A stretch of DNA of 64,000 nucleotides from Gemmatimonadota bacterium (GCA_022820995.1 JAJEEM010000039.1:20203-84202), one strand, 5' to 3'; positions 17,502 through 27,678 are shown, counted from the stretch's first letter. Notes: generated by a model not told the origin, from the letters alone. Program-made: numbers and translations.

Positions 17502-20500
17502 GTGGCGCTTCCCGATCTGTCGCTTCGGCGGCCCGTCGCAACGGCGATGCTCTACGTGGGCATCGGCGTGCTGGGCGTGGTGTCCTTCCTCCGCCTGCCC
17601 ATCGACCTCCTGCCGGACGTCTCCTTTCCGACGCTCTCGGTGTGGACGACGTATTCGGACGCGGGACCCGCCGAGGTCGAACGCTTCATCACGGAACCCA
17701 TCGAGACGCGGCTGTACTCGATCCCGGGGGCGCGGCGAATCTCCTCGCGCTCACGGGAGGGGCAATCGCTCGTGCAACTCCAGTTCGCGTGGGGCACGGA
17801 CATGGAGTTCGCGACCCTCCACACCCGGGAGAAGCTGGACAACCTGTCCGAGAATCTCCCGGATGGCGCGGAGCGGCCCACGATTCTGAGATCGGACCCG
17901 ACGAGCGATCCGATCATGACGCTGGCCGTGAGCGGGGCCGACCTGCGGAACCTGCGCGATCTGTCGGAGGTCGTCTTCAAGCGCCGCCTGGAGCAGCTGG
18001 ACGGCGTTTCCCTGGCGGGGCTTACGGGCGGACCCGAGCGGGAGCTGCGGGTCATCGTGGACCCGGAATACCTGGATGTGCACGAGGTCTCGCTCAGCGA
18101 GATTTCGAACGCGCTCGACCAGGCGAACTACAACGCCCCCGGAGGCACGATCCAGCGGGGCCGGTTCGAGTACAGCCTGCGCACGCTGGGCCAGTTCCGG
18201 GAGGTCGAGGAACTGCTCGACGTCGTCATCGCGCGGCCGCCGGGCCTCGGGGTCCGTCCCGTCCGGCTGTCCGACGTCGCCACCGTCGTCGACACGATCG
18301 CGGACCTCGAGACGATCGCGCGCTTCAACGGGGAGCCGGCGATCGGACTGCAGGTCTTCAAGGAGGCCGGGACGAACACGGTCCGCGTGGCGGACGGCGT
18401 GCACGAGACGCTGGATCAGCTGCGGGAGGAGTTTCCGGGGATATCGATCGAGATCGCCTCCAGCCAGGCGGCCTTCATCCGGGACGCGATCTCGAATGTC
18501 GTCTCCGCCCTGCTGCTGGGCGGGGCGCTGGCCTTCCTCGTCCTCTTCCTCTTCCTGCGCGATCCGAGGTATCCGCTTGCGATCGGACTCGCCATCCCCA
18601 TCTCGGTCATGGCGGCCTTCGCGCTCTGCTACGCCTTCGACGTGAGTCTCAACATCATGTCCCTCGGCGGCCTCGCGCTCGGGGTCGGTCTGCTCGTCGA
18701 CAACTCCATCGTGGTGCTCGAGAACATCTTCCGGCACCGCGAGGAATCGGGCGGGAGCGCGCGGGAATCGGCCGGGCGGGGCGCCCGGGAAGTGGCCGCG
18801 GCGATCACGGCGTCCACGCTCACCACGATCGCCGTATTCGGTCCGGTGCTCTACGTCGAGGGCGTGGCGGGCGCGCTCTTCGGCGACCTGTCGCTCGCGG
18901 TGACGTTCTCCCTCCTCGCGTCGCTTCTCGTGGCGCTCACGCTGCTCCCGGTCCTCGCCGCCCAGGTGGCCCGCGGGAGGCGCGGAGCGGAGGCCGCGGG
19001 CTCCGGTGGGGAGACTTCCCCGACGGGGCGGCCCGAAGCGCCGGAAGGCGAGCGGCCGGGGCGCGTGCGCAGGTTCGGCAGAGCGCTGCGGGGGGGCGCC
19101 GTCGCGGGCGTGCGGGGCGTCGGAGGCGGGGTCGCCTACGTGGGGCGCTCGGTCCGGCTCACGGGCGTCGATGTCGCGAAGGTCGGCGGCGGGATCCTGG
19201 GCCGGCTCTTCGGTCCCTTCCTGCGGGCCTTCGAGCGCGGATTCCTCCGTTTCGCCGACCGGTACGAGCGGACGCTGGAATGGGCCCTCGCGCACCGCCT
19301 GGAGGTTCTCTCGATCGCCATCGTCGCCCTGGCCGGCGCCGTCATGCTCGCCGGATCCCTCCCCCGGGGACTCATGCCTCGCGTCGATGAGCGGCAGTTC
19401 TGGGTCGAACTCAACCTCCCCCAGGGGACGCCGATCCGGACGACGGACGAGACGGCCGGGGAGGTGGAGCGGCTGCTGCTCGGTATGCCGGACGTCTCGG
19501 GCGTCTTCACCAGGGTGGGCCGCAGCCGGGGCAGCGAACTCGCGGCGCGCGACCTGACCGGACTCAACAACGCGGCGCTCGACGTCCAGCTCGCCGGATC
19601 GTCCCGGCCGACGCCCGACGCGATCGCCGAACTCCGCCAGCGGCTCGCCGGGAGCGGAGTCGACCCGGCCTTCGTGACGATCGAGACCGGGCGGGCCACC
19701 TCGCTCGGTCGGGCGCTGGCGATCGGGGAGGCGGACCTCGCCGTGAAGGTCCAGAGCGGGGAACTCGATGAACTCGTGCCGGTCGGCGAGGCGATCGAGA
19801 CCCGGCTCGCGGGCGTTTCGACGCTGGCGGATGTCCGGCTGGACTTCCTGCGCACGCAGCCGGAACTCGTCATCGAGGTCAACCGGGAAGTGGCGGCACG
19901 CCATCAGATCACCGTGACTTCGGTCGCGACGGCGATCGAGGACTACCTCCGGGGGTCGGAGACGAACAACGCGTACTCGGTGTTCGCCGACAAGGTCGAC
20001 ATCCGGGTCACGATCCCGGAGACGGCCCGGCGGGAACTCGAGAGGGTGCTCGCGCTGCGGCTGCAGGGCGTGCCGATCGGGGAACTCGTGACGGTCCGGC
20101 GGGGGTTCGGTCCGGTCGAGATCCGGCGGGAGGATCAGAACCGCACGGTCCAGGTGCTCGCGGACGTGGCCGAGGGCGGGCTCCGGACGGCCGTCCGGGA
20201 GGTGGAAGCGGCGATCGCGGACATCCCGCGGCCGGCGCTCACGACCGTGCGCGTCGGCGGCGAAAACGAGGAGATGCAGAACAGCTTCCGCTCGCTCACC
20301 TTCGCCTTCGGCCTCGCGCTGGCCCTCGTCTTCCTCATCATGGCCGCCCAGTTCGAGTCGCTCGTGCAGCCGCTCGTCGTCCTCACCGCGGTCCCGCTGG
20401 CGGCGATCGGGGCGGTGACGGCTCTGTGGATCGCGGGGGACGGCCTCAACGCGATGAGCGGGATCGGCTTCGTGATTCTGATCGGCATCGTCGTCAACGA

Positions 20501-20912
20501 CGCGATCGTGAAGGTCGACTTCATCAACCAGCGAAAACGGGCGGGGATGACGAAGCGCGCGGCGATCCTCGAAGCGGGCCGGCTGCGGCTCCGTCCCATC
20601 GTGATGACGACGATCACGACCGTCGTGGGGCTCCTTCCGCTCGCCGCCGGGCTGGGGGCCGGGGCCGATCTCCGCGCCCCGCTGGCCGTCGCGGTGATCG
20701 GCGGCCTCATCTCCGCGACCTTCCTCACGCTGATCGTCGTGCCCGTCGTATATTCGGTTCTCGTCGAACCATCCGTGTCCGTGGGACCCGATCCGGGCCC
20801 GCGGCCCGAGCGTCGTGACCCGGCGGCGCTGCGGCCGAAGCCGGGGTACGGACTCGGCGGCCGCTCCGGGCCGGCGGCTCCGGGCATGGCGCGAGGGAGC
20901 GTGGAACCATGA
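17502..20912 (+). CDS. RND efflux permease (AcrB/MdtB-like), copy 1
   Basis: LRRPVAT start, LPIDLLPD, GLLVDNSIVVLENI, RLRPIVMTT; GTG start at 17502 inferred. Confidence 0.93.
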   Translation: MALPDLSLRRPVATAMLYVGIGVLGVVSFLRLPIDLLPDVSFPTLSVWTTYSDAGPAEVERFITEPIETRLYSIPGARRISSRSREGQSLVQLQFAWGTDMEFATLHTREKLDNLSENLPDGAERPTILRSDPTSDPIMTLAVSGADLRNLRDLSEVVFKRRLEQLDGVSLAGLTGGPERELRVIVDPEYLDVHEVSLSEISNALDQANYNAPGGTIQRGRFEYSLRTLGQFREVEELLDVVIARPPGLGVRPVRLSDVATVVDTIADLETIARFNGEPAIGLQVFKEAGTNTVRVADGVHETLDQLREEFPGISIEIASSQAAFIRDAISNVVSALLLGGALAFLVLFLFLRDPRYPLAIGLAIPISVMAAFALCYAFDVSLNIMSLGGLALGVGLLVDNSIVVLENIFRHREESGGSARESAGRGAREVAAAITASTLTTIAVFGPVLYVEGVAGALFGDLSLAVTFSLLASLLVALTLLPVLAAQVARGRRGAEAAGSGGETSPTGRPEAPEGERPGRVRRFGRALRGGAVAGVRGVGGGVAYVGRSVRLTGVDVAKVGGGILGRLFGPFLRAFERGFLRFADRYERTLEWALAHRLEVLSIAIVALAGAVMLAGSLPRGLMPRVDERQFWVELNLPQGTPIRTTDETAGEVERLLLGMPDVSGVFTRVGRSRGSELAARDLTGLNNAALDVQLAGSSRPTPDAIAELRQRLAGSGVDPAFVTIETGRATSLGRALAIGEADLAVKVQSGELDELVPVGEAIETRLAGVSTLADVRLDFLRTQPELVIEVNREVAARHQITVTSVATAIEDYLRGSETNNAYSVFADKVDIRVTIPETARRELERVLALRLQGVPIGELVTVRRGFGPVEIRREDQNRTVQVLADVAEGGLRTAVREVEAAIADIPRPALTTVRVGGENEEMQNSFRSLTFAFGLALALVFLIMAAQFESLVQPLVVLTAVPLAAIGAVTALWIAGDGLNAMSGIGFVILIGIVVNDAIVKVDFINQRKRAGMTKRAAILEAGRLRLRPIVMTTITTVVGLLPLAAGLGAGADLRAPLAVAVIGGLISATFLTLIVVPVVYSVLVEPSVSVGPDPGPRPERRDPAALRPKPGYGLGGRSGPAAPGMARGSVEP

Positions 20913-23900
20913 TCGATCTGGCCATCCGCCGACCCGTGGCGACCGCCGCGATCTACATCGCCCTCTTCGCGCTCGGCGTGACGAGCTTCCGGCTCATTCC
21001 GGTCGAGGATCTGCCCGAGGTCGAGTTCCCCCGTCTCACCGTCACCGCCACCTGGAACGGAGCCTCGCCCGAGGCGCTGGAAGCGTTCGTGACCGCGCCG
21101 CTCGAAACCGTCATCCAGCAGGTCGGCGGCGTGGAGAAGGTCGTCTCGGAGTCCTCCGCCGATCAGCGCGGGACGGGCTCCAGCGCCCGGATCGACGTCG
21201 ACTTCGAGCGCGACACGCGCATGGAGTTCGCCCGCCTCGCGCTCGGCGAACGGATCAGCTCGATCCGGGACGAACTGCCCGAGGGCGTGGTGCCCATCCT
21301 CTCCGAGTACGTCCCGCAGGAATTCGCCGAGGAGGAAGTGCGGCTCCTCAGCTTCTCTCTGACCGGCCCCTACACGTTCGCGCGCCTCGGAGAGATCGCC
21401 GAGGAGGAGATCGAGCCCTTCGTGCGGGGACTGCCGGGCGTGTCCGCGGTGGAGGTGTGGGGAGCGGAGCGCCGCGAGATCGCCGTCGAACTCGACCGGG
21501 GCCGGCTGGAGGCGCTCGGGCTGCGGCCGGAAGAGGTCAGCCGCCGGATCTTGGAGCTGTCCGAGCCGAGAGCTCCGGGATCGGTCGAACTCGATGGGCG
21601 GCAATTCGCCATCGCCGTTCGCACCCGGGCGCTCGAGGTGTCCGACATCGCGGACATGATCGTTCTCACGCGGCCCGATGGGCCGGTCCGCGTCGGCGAC
21701 CTGGGGCAGGTCCGCGACCAGACGGAAGACCCGATGTTCTTCTGGCGCGTCAACTCCCAGCCCACGATTTCGATCAGTGTGTACCGTCAGTCGGGCACGA
21801 ACGTGATTCAGGTCGCCGATGAGGTGAAGGCCGCGATGACCGAACTGGGCTCGACGCTCCCGGCGGGCGTGGGCCTCGAGTTGCAGAGCGATCAGAGCGA
21901 GAACATCCGCGAGCAGCTCTCGGAACTCCGGCTCCGCGCGATCGCCGCCGCCATCGTGATCTTCATCGTGCTCACCCTCTTCCTGCGGTCGCTCGGCGCC
22001 GTCCTCGTCGTGTTCGCGACGATCGGCTTCAGCGTCCTGACCGCGGTGAACTTCCTCTACCTCGGCGGTTTCTCGCTGAACCTGCTCACGCTGTGGGGGC
22101 TTGCGTGGGGGTTCGGCCTCGTCGTCGACAACGGCATCGTCGTGCTCGAGAACGTGGAGCGCCACCGCCGGGCGGGGGCGGGCCCATCCGATGCCGCGAG
22201 CCTCGGGGCGCGCCAGGTCGTCCTCCCGGTCCTCGCCGCGACGCTGACGACCGCGATCGTACTCGTCCCCTTCCTCTTCCTGCAGGGAGAGTTGCGGGTC
22301 TACTACCTGCCGCTCTCGTTCGCCGTCGGGTTTTCGATCATCGCGAGCCTCCTCGTGGCGTTCACCTTCGTCCCGGCACTCGCGTCGCGCGTCGCCCGCA
22401 TGCGGGATTCCGCCGGGGCCGTGGTTGATCCGACCCGGACGACGGGGGAAGCCCCGTCGTCGCCGACCTCGGTGTCGGAGCCGTTCTACATCGCGGGATA
22501 CCGGTCGCTCCTCGGCTTCGCGCTTCGGCACCCCGTCGTCGTCGCGTTCGTCTGCCTCGGGAGCCTCGCCGGGAGCTGGTACCTGTTCGACGAGCACGTG
22601 AGCACGGGAAGGTACTGGAGCGGCTTCGGCGGGAGCGACAGCTATATCACGATCACGATCAGCTTCCCGCGCGGTGCGGGGCTCGAACGCACGGACGAAC
22701 TCGCGCGTTCTTTCGAGGCGAAGCTTGCGACCATCGATGAGGTGGAGCGCTTCGAGGCGCGGGTCCAGCCCAACTACGCGTTCATGCGCGCGGAATTCCC
22801 GGACGAGATCGAGCACACGTCCATCCCCGTGGCCATCAAGGACCAGATGACGGCCTACAGCTACGGGTTCTCGGGCGTCGACGTCTACGTGCGCGGATTC
22901 GGCCCCAGCTTCTACGGCGGCGGGTCGAGTCCGCCCAACTACAGCCTCCAGGTGCTCGGGTACAACTACCTGACGGTGCAGGAGATCGCCGAGGAGATCG
23001 CGTCGCGCCTGACGCGATTCTCCCGGATCCGCGACGTGGATCCGAACGCCAACAGCAACTGGTACTCGCGCGACAAGGAGTTCGAGTACTACGTGGAGCC
23101 GGACCGGGAGGCGCTGGCGGCCTACGATCTCCCCGTTTCCCAGTTGCTCAGCTACGTGTCCAGCAACATCCAGGGCCGGCCGTTCGCGAGCCGGATCCGG
23201 GTGGGCGGCGAGGAGGTGCAGTACGCCGTCAAGGTGGACGGGTATCGCGAGTTCGACTTCCACGACCTGAGCGATCTGCGCGTGCCGATCTCGTCCCGCG
23301 AGGAACTCCGGCTCGCGAACGTCGCGGAGGTGGGGCGCCGGCAGGTCCTGGCCAACATCCGGCGGGAGGACCAGCAGTACGAGCGGACCGTGGCCTGGGA
23401 GTTCCGGGGGCCGGTGAGGTTCGGCGACCTCGTCCGCGACGCGGTCGTGGACGCGATGGAACTCCCGCCCGGATACAGGATCGAGAAATCGAACTACGGC
23501 GGCTGGACGACGGAGGAGACGACGCAGATGTGGGTCGTCCTCGCCTTCTCCATCCTCCTCATCTACATGGTGACCGCCGGGCTGTTCGAGTCGCTCGCGG
23601 CGCCGTTCGTCGTGCTCTTCTCGCTGCCCTTCGCCCTCATCGGCGTCTTCCTCATCTTCTTCTACACCGACGCGACGTTCACCCGCACCGCGTTCATCGG
23701 CACGATCATGATGGGCGGCATCGTCGTGAACAATGCCATCCTTGTGGTCTATCACATCGGCGAAGTGCGCAAGCGCATGCCGACGGGCGCGGCGATCGTG
23801 CAGGGGACGCTGGAGCGGGTGCGCCCCATCCTCATGACGACGCTCACGACGGTGTTCGGACTCCTGCCTCTCGTCCTCTTCGCGCCCTCGCAGGATGAGA

Positions 23901-24013
23901 ACATCTGGAACGCGCTCGCGCTGGCGACGATCGGAGGGTTGATTTCGAGTACGCTGTTCGTGCTCGTCGCAATTCCGGTCGCATATCGTTACATCGTGGC
24001 ACGCCGTATCTGA
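20909..24013 (+). CDS. RND efflux permease (AcrB/MdtC-like), copy 2
   Basis: ATGA overlap; AIRRPVAT, GLVVDNGIVVLENV, RVRPILMTT. Confidence 0.93.
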   Translation: MIDLAIRRPVATAAIYIALFALGVTSFRLIPVEDLPEVEFPRLTVTATWNGASPEALEAFVTAPLETVIQQVGGVEKVVSESSADQRGTGSSARIDVDFERDTRMEFARLALGERISSIRDELPEGVVPILSEYVPQEFAEEEVRLLSFSLTGPYTFARLGEIAEEEIEPFVRGLPGVSAVEVWGAERREIAVELDRGRLEALGLRPEEVSRRILELSEPRAPGSVELDGRQFAIAVRTRALEVSDIADMIVLTRPDGPVRVGDLGQVRDQTEDPMFFWRVNSQPTISISVYRQSGTNVIQVADEVKAAMTELGSTLPAGVGLELQSDQSENIREQLSELRLRAIAAAIVIFIVLTLFLRSLGAVLVVFATIGFSVLTAVNFLYLGGFSLNLLTLWGLAWGFGLVVDNGIVVLENVERHRRAGAGPSDAASLGARQVVLPVLAATLTTAIVLVPFLFLQGELRVYYLPLSFAVGFSIIASLLVAFTFVPALASRVARMRDSAGAVVDPTRTTGEAPSSPTSVSEPFYIAGYRSLLGFALRHPVVVAFVCLGSLAGSWYLFDEHVSTGRYWSGFGGSDSYITITISFPRGAGLERTDELARSFEAKLATIDEVERFEARVQPNYAFMRAEFPDEIEHTSIPVAIKDQMTAYSYGFSGVDVYVRGFGPSFYGGGSSPPNYSLQVLGYNYLTVQEIAEEIASRLTRFSRIRDVDPNANSNWYSRDKEFEYYVEPDREALAAYDLPVSQLLSYVSSNIQGRPFASRIRVGGEEVQYAVKVDGYREFDFHDLSDLRVPISSREELRLANVAEVGRRQVLANIRREDQQYERTVAWEFRGPVRFGDLVRDAVVDAMELPPGYRIEKSNYGGWTTEETTQMWVVLAFSILLIYMVTAGLFESLAAPFVVLFSLPFALIGVFLIFFYTDATFTRTAFIGTIMMGGIVVNNAILVVYHIGEVRKRMPTGAAIVQGTLERVRPILMTTLTTVFGLLPLVLFAPSQDENIWNALALATIGGLISSTLFVLVAIPVAYRYIVARRI

Positions 24014-24084
24014 CGGCACGCCCGCCGGCCGGCCGCGGTCTGGCCGGGGGGCGCACGCGAACATGAAAGCTGACGGGGGTCGAG

Positions 24085-24771
24085 ATGGTACGGTCGCGTC
24101 TATCCAGGTCCGGTTTCAGGCCGGTTTGGCTGCTCCTCGGGTGTCTGCCGGCGGGAGTCGCCTGTGAACCGGGCGGAGGGCCGAGCGAATTTCTTCGAGA
24201 CCCGGCTTCGGCAGAGGTTAACATGACGGCTCCGGCGACTTTTCAGGCTCGTTTCGAGACTTCGAAGGGAACGTTCGTGGTGGAGGCGCACCGACAGTGG
24301 GCCCCCAACGGTGTGGACCGGTTCTACAACCTGGTGGAGAACGGGTTCTTCGACGACGTGAGGTTCTTCCGCGTGATCGCCGGCTTCATGGCGCAGTTCG
24401 GGATCAACGGAGACCCGGAGATCCAGAGCGGGTGGCGGGACGCAAACATCCAGGACGACCCGGTGGTCGTGGGGAATACGCGAGGGCGGGTCAGCTTCGC
24501 CCAGACGTCGATGCCGAACAGCCGAAGCACGCAACTCTTCATCAACTTCGGCGACAACTCGCGTCTCGACGGCATGGGGTTCGCCGCCATCGGCGAGGTG
24601 ATCTCCGGCATGGACGTCGTGGACGCGCTCCACTCCGGGTACGGCGAGGGTGCGCCGGGCGGGAACGGGCCGAGCCAGGGGCGCATTCAGGAGGAGGGGA
24701 ATGCCTACCTCGAGGCGGAGTTCGCGGAACTCGACTACATCGAGAGGGCGACGATCATCGGTGGGAACTAG
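24085..24771 (+). CDS. Cyclophilin-type peptidyl-prolyl isomerase, probably exported
   Basis: FYNLVENGFFD, FFRVIAGFMAQFG, NTRGRVSFA, RSTQLFINFGDN. Confidence 0.92.
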   Translation: MVRSRLSRSGFRPVWLLLGCLPAGVACEPGGGPSEFLRDPASAEVNMTAPATFQARFETSKGTFVVEAHRQWAPNGVDRFYNLVENGFFDDVRFFRVIAGFMAQFGINGDPEIQSGWRDANIQDDPVVVGNTRGRVSFAQTSMPNSRSTQLFINFGDNSRLDGMGFAAIGEVISGMDVVDALHSGYGEGAPGGNGPSQGRIQEEGNAYLEAEFAELDYIERATIIGGN

Positions 24772-25924
24772 CGGCCCGGCCGGCGGGGCGGGGTCGGCGG
24801 CGGCGGTCGTCCTCGCGGCCATGGCGATGTCGCCGCCCGCGGACGCCATGGGCCAGGAGGCGGGGCGGGTCGGCGGGGAGCGGCCGCGGGCGCGGGAGGC
24901 CGGCGTTCTCATCGGGCGGCTGCCGACGGGCCCGCTGAACGCGATTACCGACGTGCCGGGGGTGCGTGTGGGCCACCGCACGGTGTGGGTGGGCGACTCG
25001 ATCCGCACGGGGGTCACGGCGATTCTGCCGCACGGGGACAACGTGTTCGAACGGCGGGTGCGGGCGGCGATCGCGGTCGGAAACGGGTTCGGGAAGCTGG
25101 TGGGACTGAGCCAGGTCAACGAACTCGGCGAACTTGAGACGCCGATCCTCCTCACCGGGACGCTGAGCGTGTTCCGTGCGGCGGACGCGCTCCTCGACAC
25201 GCTCCTGTCGCTCCCGGCGAACCGCGACGTGCGGTCGATGAATCCGGTCGTCGGCGAGACGAACGACGGGTACCTGAGCGACATCCGCGTGCGCCCGATC
25301 CGGCCCGAGCACGTCCGTGAGGCGCTGCGGACCGCGGCGGGCGGCCCGGTGGAGGAGGGGTCGGTCGGGGCCGGGACGGGGACGATCGCCTTCGGCTGGA
25401 AGGGCGGAATCGGGACCTCGTCGCGACGGTTCGATCTCGGCGGGCGGGTCGTGAACGTCGGCGTGCTCGTGCAGAGCAACTTCGGCGGCTCGCTGCGGAT
25501 CGACGGCGTGAGGGTGGGAGAGAAGCTCGCCGCGGCCGGTCTGCGCGGAGGGCGCGCCCAGGGGGATGGCGACGGTTCCGTGATGATCGTCGTCGCGACG
25601 GATCTGCCGCTGGCGCACCGCGAACTGGACCGGGTGGCCGACCGCTCGTTCATGGGACTCGCCCGGACGGGGTCGCACATGTCGCACGGCTCGGGGGACT
25701 ACGCGATCGCCTTCTCGACCGGCGAAGGGGCTGGGGTCCGGGACGGCCGCGCGTTGTCGCGCGTCTTCGAGGCGGTGGTCGAGGCGACGGACGAAGCCGT
25801 CATCAACTCCCTTTTTGCGGCGACGTCCGTGACGGGGCACGGGGGACGGACGGTCGAAGCGCTCCCGCTCGAACCCACGCTGCGGCTGCTCCGCGAGGCG
25901 GGCGTCCTCGGGACGCCGCGGTGA
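24761..25924 (+). CDS. dmpA: DmpA/peptidase S58 family L-aminopeptidase/D-amidase
   Basis: NAITDVPGVRVGH, NGFGKLVG..QVNELG, GSVGAGTG, GDGS autocleavage site, HGSGDY; start inferred. Confidence 0.88.
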   Translation: MGTSGPAGGAGSAAAVVLAAMAMSPPADAMGQEAGRVGGERPRAREAGVLIGRLPTGPLNAITDVPGVRVGHRTVWVGDSIRTGVTAILPHGDNVFERRVRAAIAVGNGFGKLVGLSQVNELGELETPILLTGTLSVFRAADALLDTLLSLPANRDVRSMNPVVGETNDGYLSDIRVRPIRPEHVREALRTAAGGPVEEGSVGAGTGTIAFGWKGGIGTSSRRFDLGGRVVNVGVLVQSNFGGSLRIDGVRVGEKLAAAGLRGGRAQGDGDGSVMIVVATDLPLAHRELDRVADRSFMGLARTGSHMSHGSGDYAIAFSTGEGAGVRDGRALSRVFEAVVEATDEAVINSLFAATSVTGHGGRTVEALPLEPTLRLLREAGVLGTPR

Positions 25925-27615
25925 AACGGTTGATTCCCGCGTCCGCGCAGCCGCCGCTGCCCCGGGCGCGCTTCATCGTCGAGGAGGATCCCGGCCCGGA
26001 AGCCGTGCCGCTGGACGTCCTCTTCGTGGGCGGAGGTCCCGCGGGGCTGGCCGGAGCGATCCGGCTCGCGCAACTCGCGGCGCGCGACCGCGAGGAAGGC
26101 GGGCCGCTCGCCGACCTCGAGATCGGCGTCCTCGAGAAGTCGGGTGAGCTCGGGGAGCACTGCCTCTCCGGGGCGGTCGTGAACCCGGAGGCCTTCCGCA
26201 CGCTCTTCCCGGACCTCGACGAGGCGGAGCTCCCCCTCCGGGGCCGCGTGGCGGGCGATCGGGTTCTGCTCCTCACGCAACGCGGAAGGATCCGGCTCCC
26301 GACCCCGCCCTCGATGCGGAACCACGGCCATCACGTGGCCTCGATCTGCGAGATCGTGCGCTGGCTGGGCGCGCGGGCGGAGGAGCTGGGGGTGAACGTA
26401 TTCACGGGGTTCCCCGCCGACGGGCTCCTGATGCGCGGCGGGCAGGTCGTCGGCGTCCGCACGACGCCCGCCGGTCTCGACCGCGAGGGGGATCCGGCGG
26501 GCGGCTACATGCCGGCCACGGACCTCTCCGCGCGGGTCACCGTCCTCGCCGAAGGGACCCGCGGGCCTCTGAGCCTGGCCTGGCTCGAGCGGGAAGGCGT
26601 CGGTTCGGCGAACCCGCAGATCTTCGCGCTCGGAGTCAAGGAACTGTGGGAGGTCGCCCGTCCGCCCGACGCGGTCACGCATACCATGGGTTGGCCGCTT
26701 CCGCGCGATGCGTTCGGCGGCAGCTTCATCTATCCCATGGGCGGGAATCTCGTGTCGCTGGGCCTCGTCGTGGGCCTCGACGCACCCTACGTCGACCTCG
26801 ACGTACACGCGCTGCTGCAGCGCTTCAAGCAGCACCCGTTCGTGCGCGGGATCCTCGACGGTGGCGAACTCGTGGAGTGGGGAGCGAAGACGATTCCGGA
26901 GGGCGGATACCACGCGATCCCCGACCGGCTGAGCGGCGACGGACTGCTCATCGCGGGCGATGCCGCGGGACTCGTCGACGTCGCCTCGCTCAAGGGCATC
27001 CACTACGCGATGCGGTCGGGCGTCCTCGCGGCGGACGCCATCGGCCGGGCCCTGGCGGACGGGCGCGGGGAGGAGGACGTCACCGAGGGGGCCGTCCCGG
27101 CGGCTCGCCTGGCGTCATACGATGCGGCGCTGCGGGAGAGCCTCGTTCAGGATCCGCTGTACCGCAACCGGAACCAGCGGCTCGCCTTCAAATCCGGCTT
27201 CTTCGCGGGAGGCCTCAAGGCGGGGCTCATGCAGGCGACGGGGGGGACGTTTCCCGGCGCCCGGATCCCGAGCGAGCCGGACGCGGCGGACCCCCGCCAC
27301 AAGCGTCTGGGGCTCGACTCCGCGTACGATTCCGAGCACGCCGTCGCCAAGGTAGACGCGGTCTTCCGCTCCGGGAACGCGACCCGGGACGACATTCCCT
27401 CGCACCTCCTGCCGGGTCCGGCAGCGGGCGCGGAGATCTCGCCGGAGATGGCGGAACTTTACGCAAGCCTGTGCCCGGCGGGCGTGTACGAGCGCGACGG
27501 CGACGGCCTCGTCGTGAACGCGCCGAACTGCATCGACTGCAAGGCGACGGATGTCCTGGGTCCCCGCTGGACGCCGCGGGAGGGCGGGAGCGGCCCGGCC
27601 TACAAGAGGATGTGA
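25921..27615 (+). CDS. Electron transfer flavoprotein-ubiquinone oxidoreductase (ETF-QO)
   Basis: VGGGPAGL FAD motif, HCLSGAV, ALGVKELW, AKTIPEGG, KGIHYAM, C-terminal CPAGVYE. Confidence 0.93.
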   Translation: MKRLIPASAQPPLPRARFIVEEDPGPEAVPLDVLFVGGGPAGLAGAIRLAQLAARDREEGGPLADLEIGVLEKSGELGEHCLSGAVVNPEAFRTLFPDLDEAELPLRGRVAGDRVLLLTQRGRIRLPTPPSMRNHGHHVASICEIVRWLGARAEELGVNVFTGFPADGLLMRGGQVVGVRTTPAGLDREGDPAGGYMPATDLSARVTVLAEGTRGPLSLAWLEREGVGSANPQIFALGVKELWEVARPPDAVTHTMGWPLPRDAFGGSFIYPMGGNLVSLGLVVGLDAPYVDLDVHALLQRFKQHPFVRGILDGGELVEWGAKTIPEGGYHAIPDRLSGDGLLIAGDAAGLVDVASLKGIHYAMRSGVLAADAIGRALADGRGEEDVTEGAVPAARLASYDAALRESLVQDPLYRNRNQRLAFKSGFFAGGLKAGLMQATGGTFPGARIPSEPDAADPRHKRLGLDSAYDSEHAVAKVDAVFRSGNATRDDIPSHLLPGPAAGAEISPEMAELYASLCPAGVYERDGDGLVVNAPNCIDCKATDVLGPRWTPREGGSGPAYKRM

Positions 27616-27636
27616 GCCGGGCGGGCCGGGCCGCCC

Positions 27637-27678
27637 GCCCCGGTCAGCGCGCCCCGGTCGGCGTGCCCCGGTCAGCGC
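27637..27678. repeat. 14-bp tandem repeat x3 at the junction of convergent genes
   Basis: GCCCCGGTCAGCGC / GCCCCGGTCGGCGT / GCCCCGGTCAGCGC. Confidence 0.85.

Noticed and set aside
20135-24064. Very long antisense ORFs (this 1309-aa one, and 5399-9088, 48142-52161, 2722-5238, 57387-59258 and others)
   Set aside because: They shadow recognisable genes on the opposite strand, are Arg/Pro/Ala/His-rich without motifs, and are expected from high GC3 suppressing antisense stops
24063-24167. 34-codon ORF overlapping the cyclophilin start
   Set aside because: No RBS, no compositional signal, and overlaps a better-supported gene in another frame
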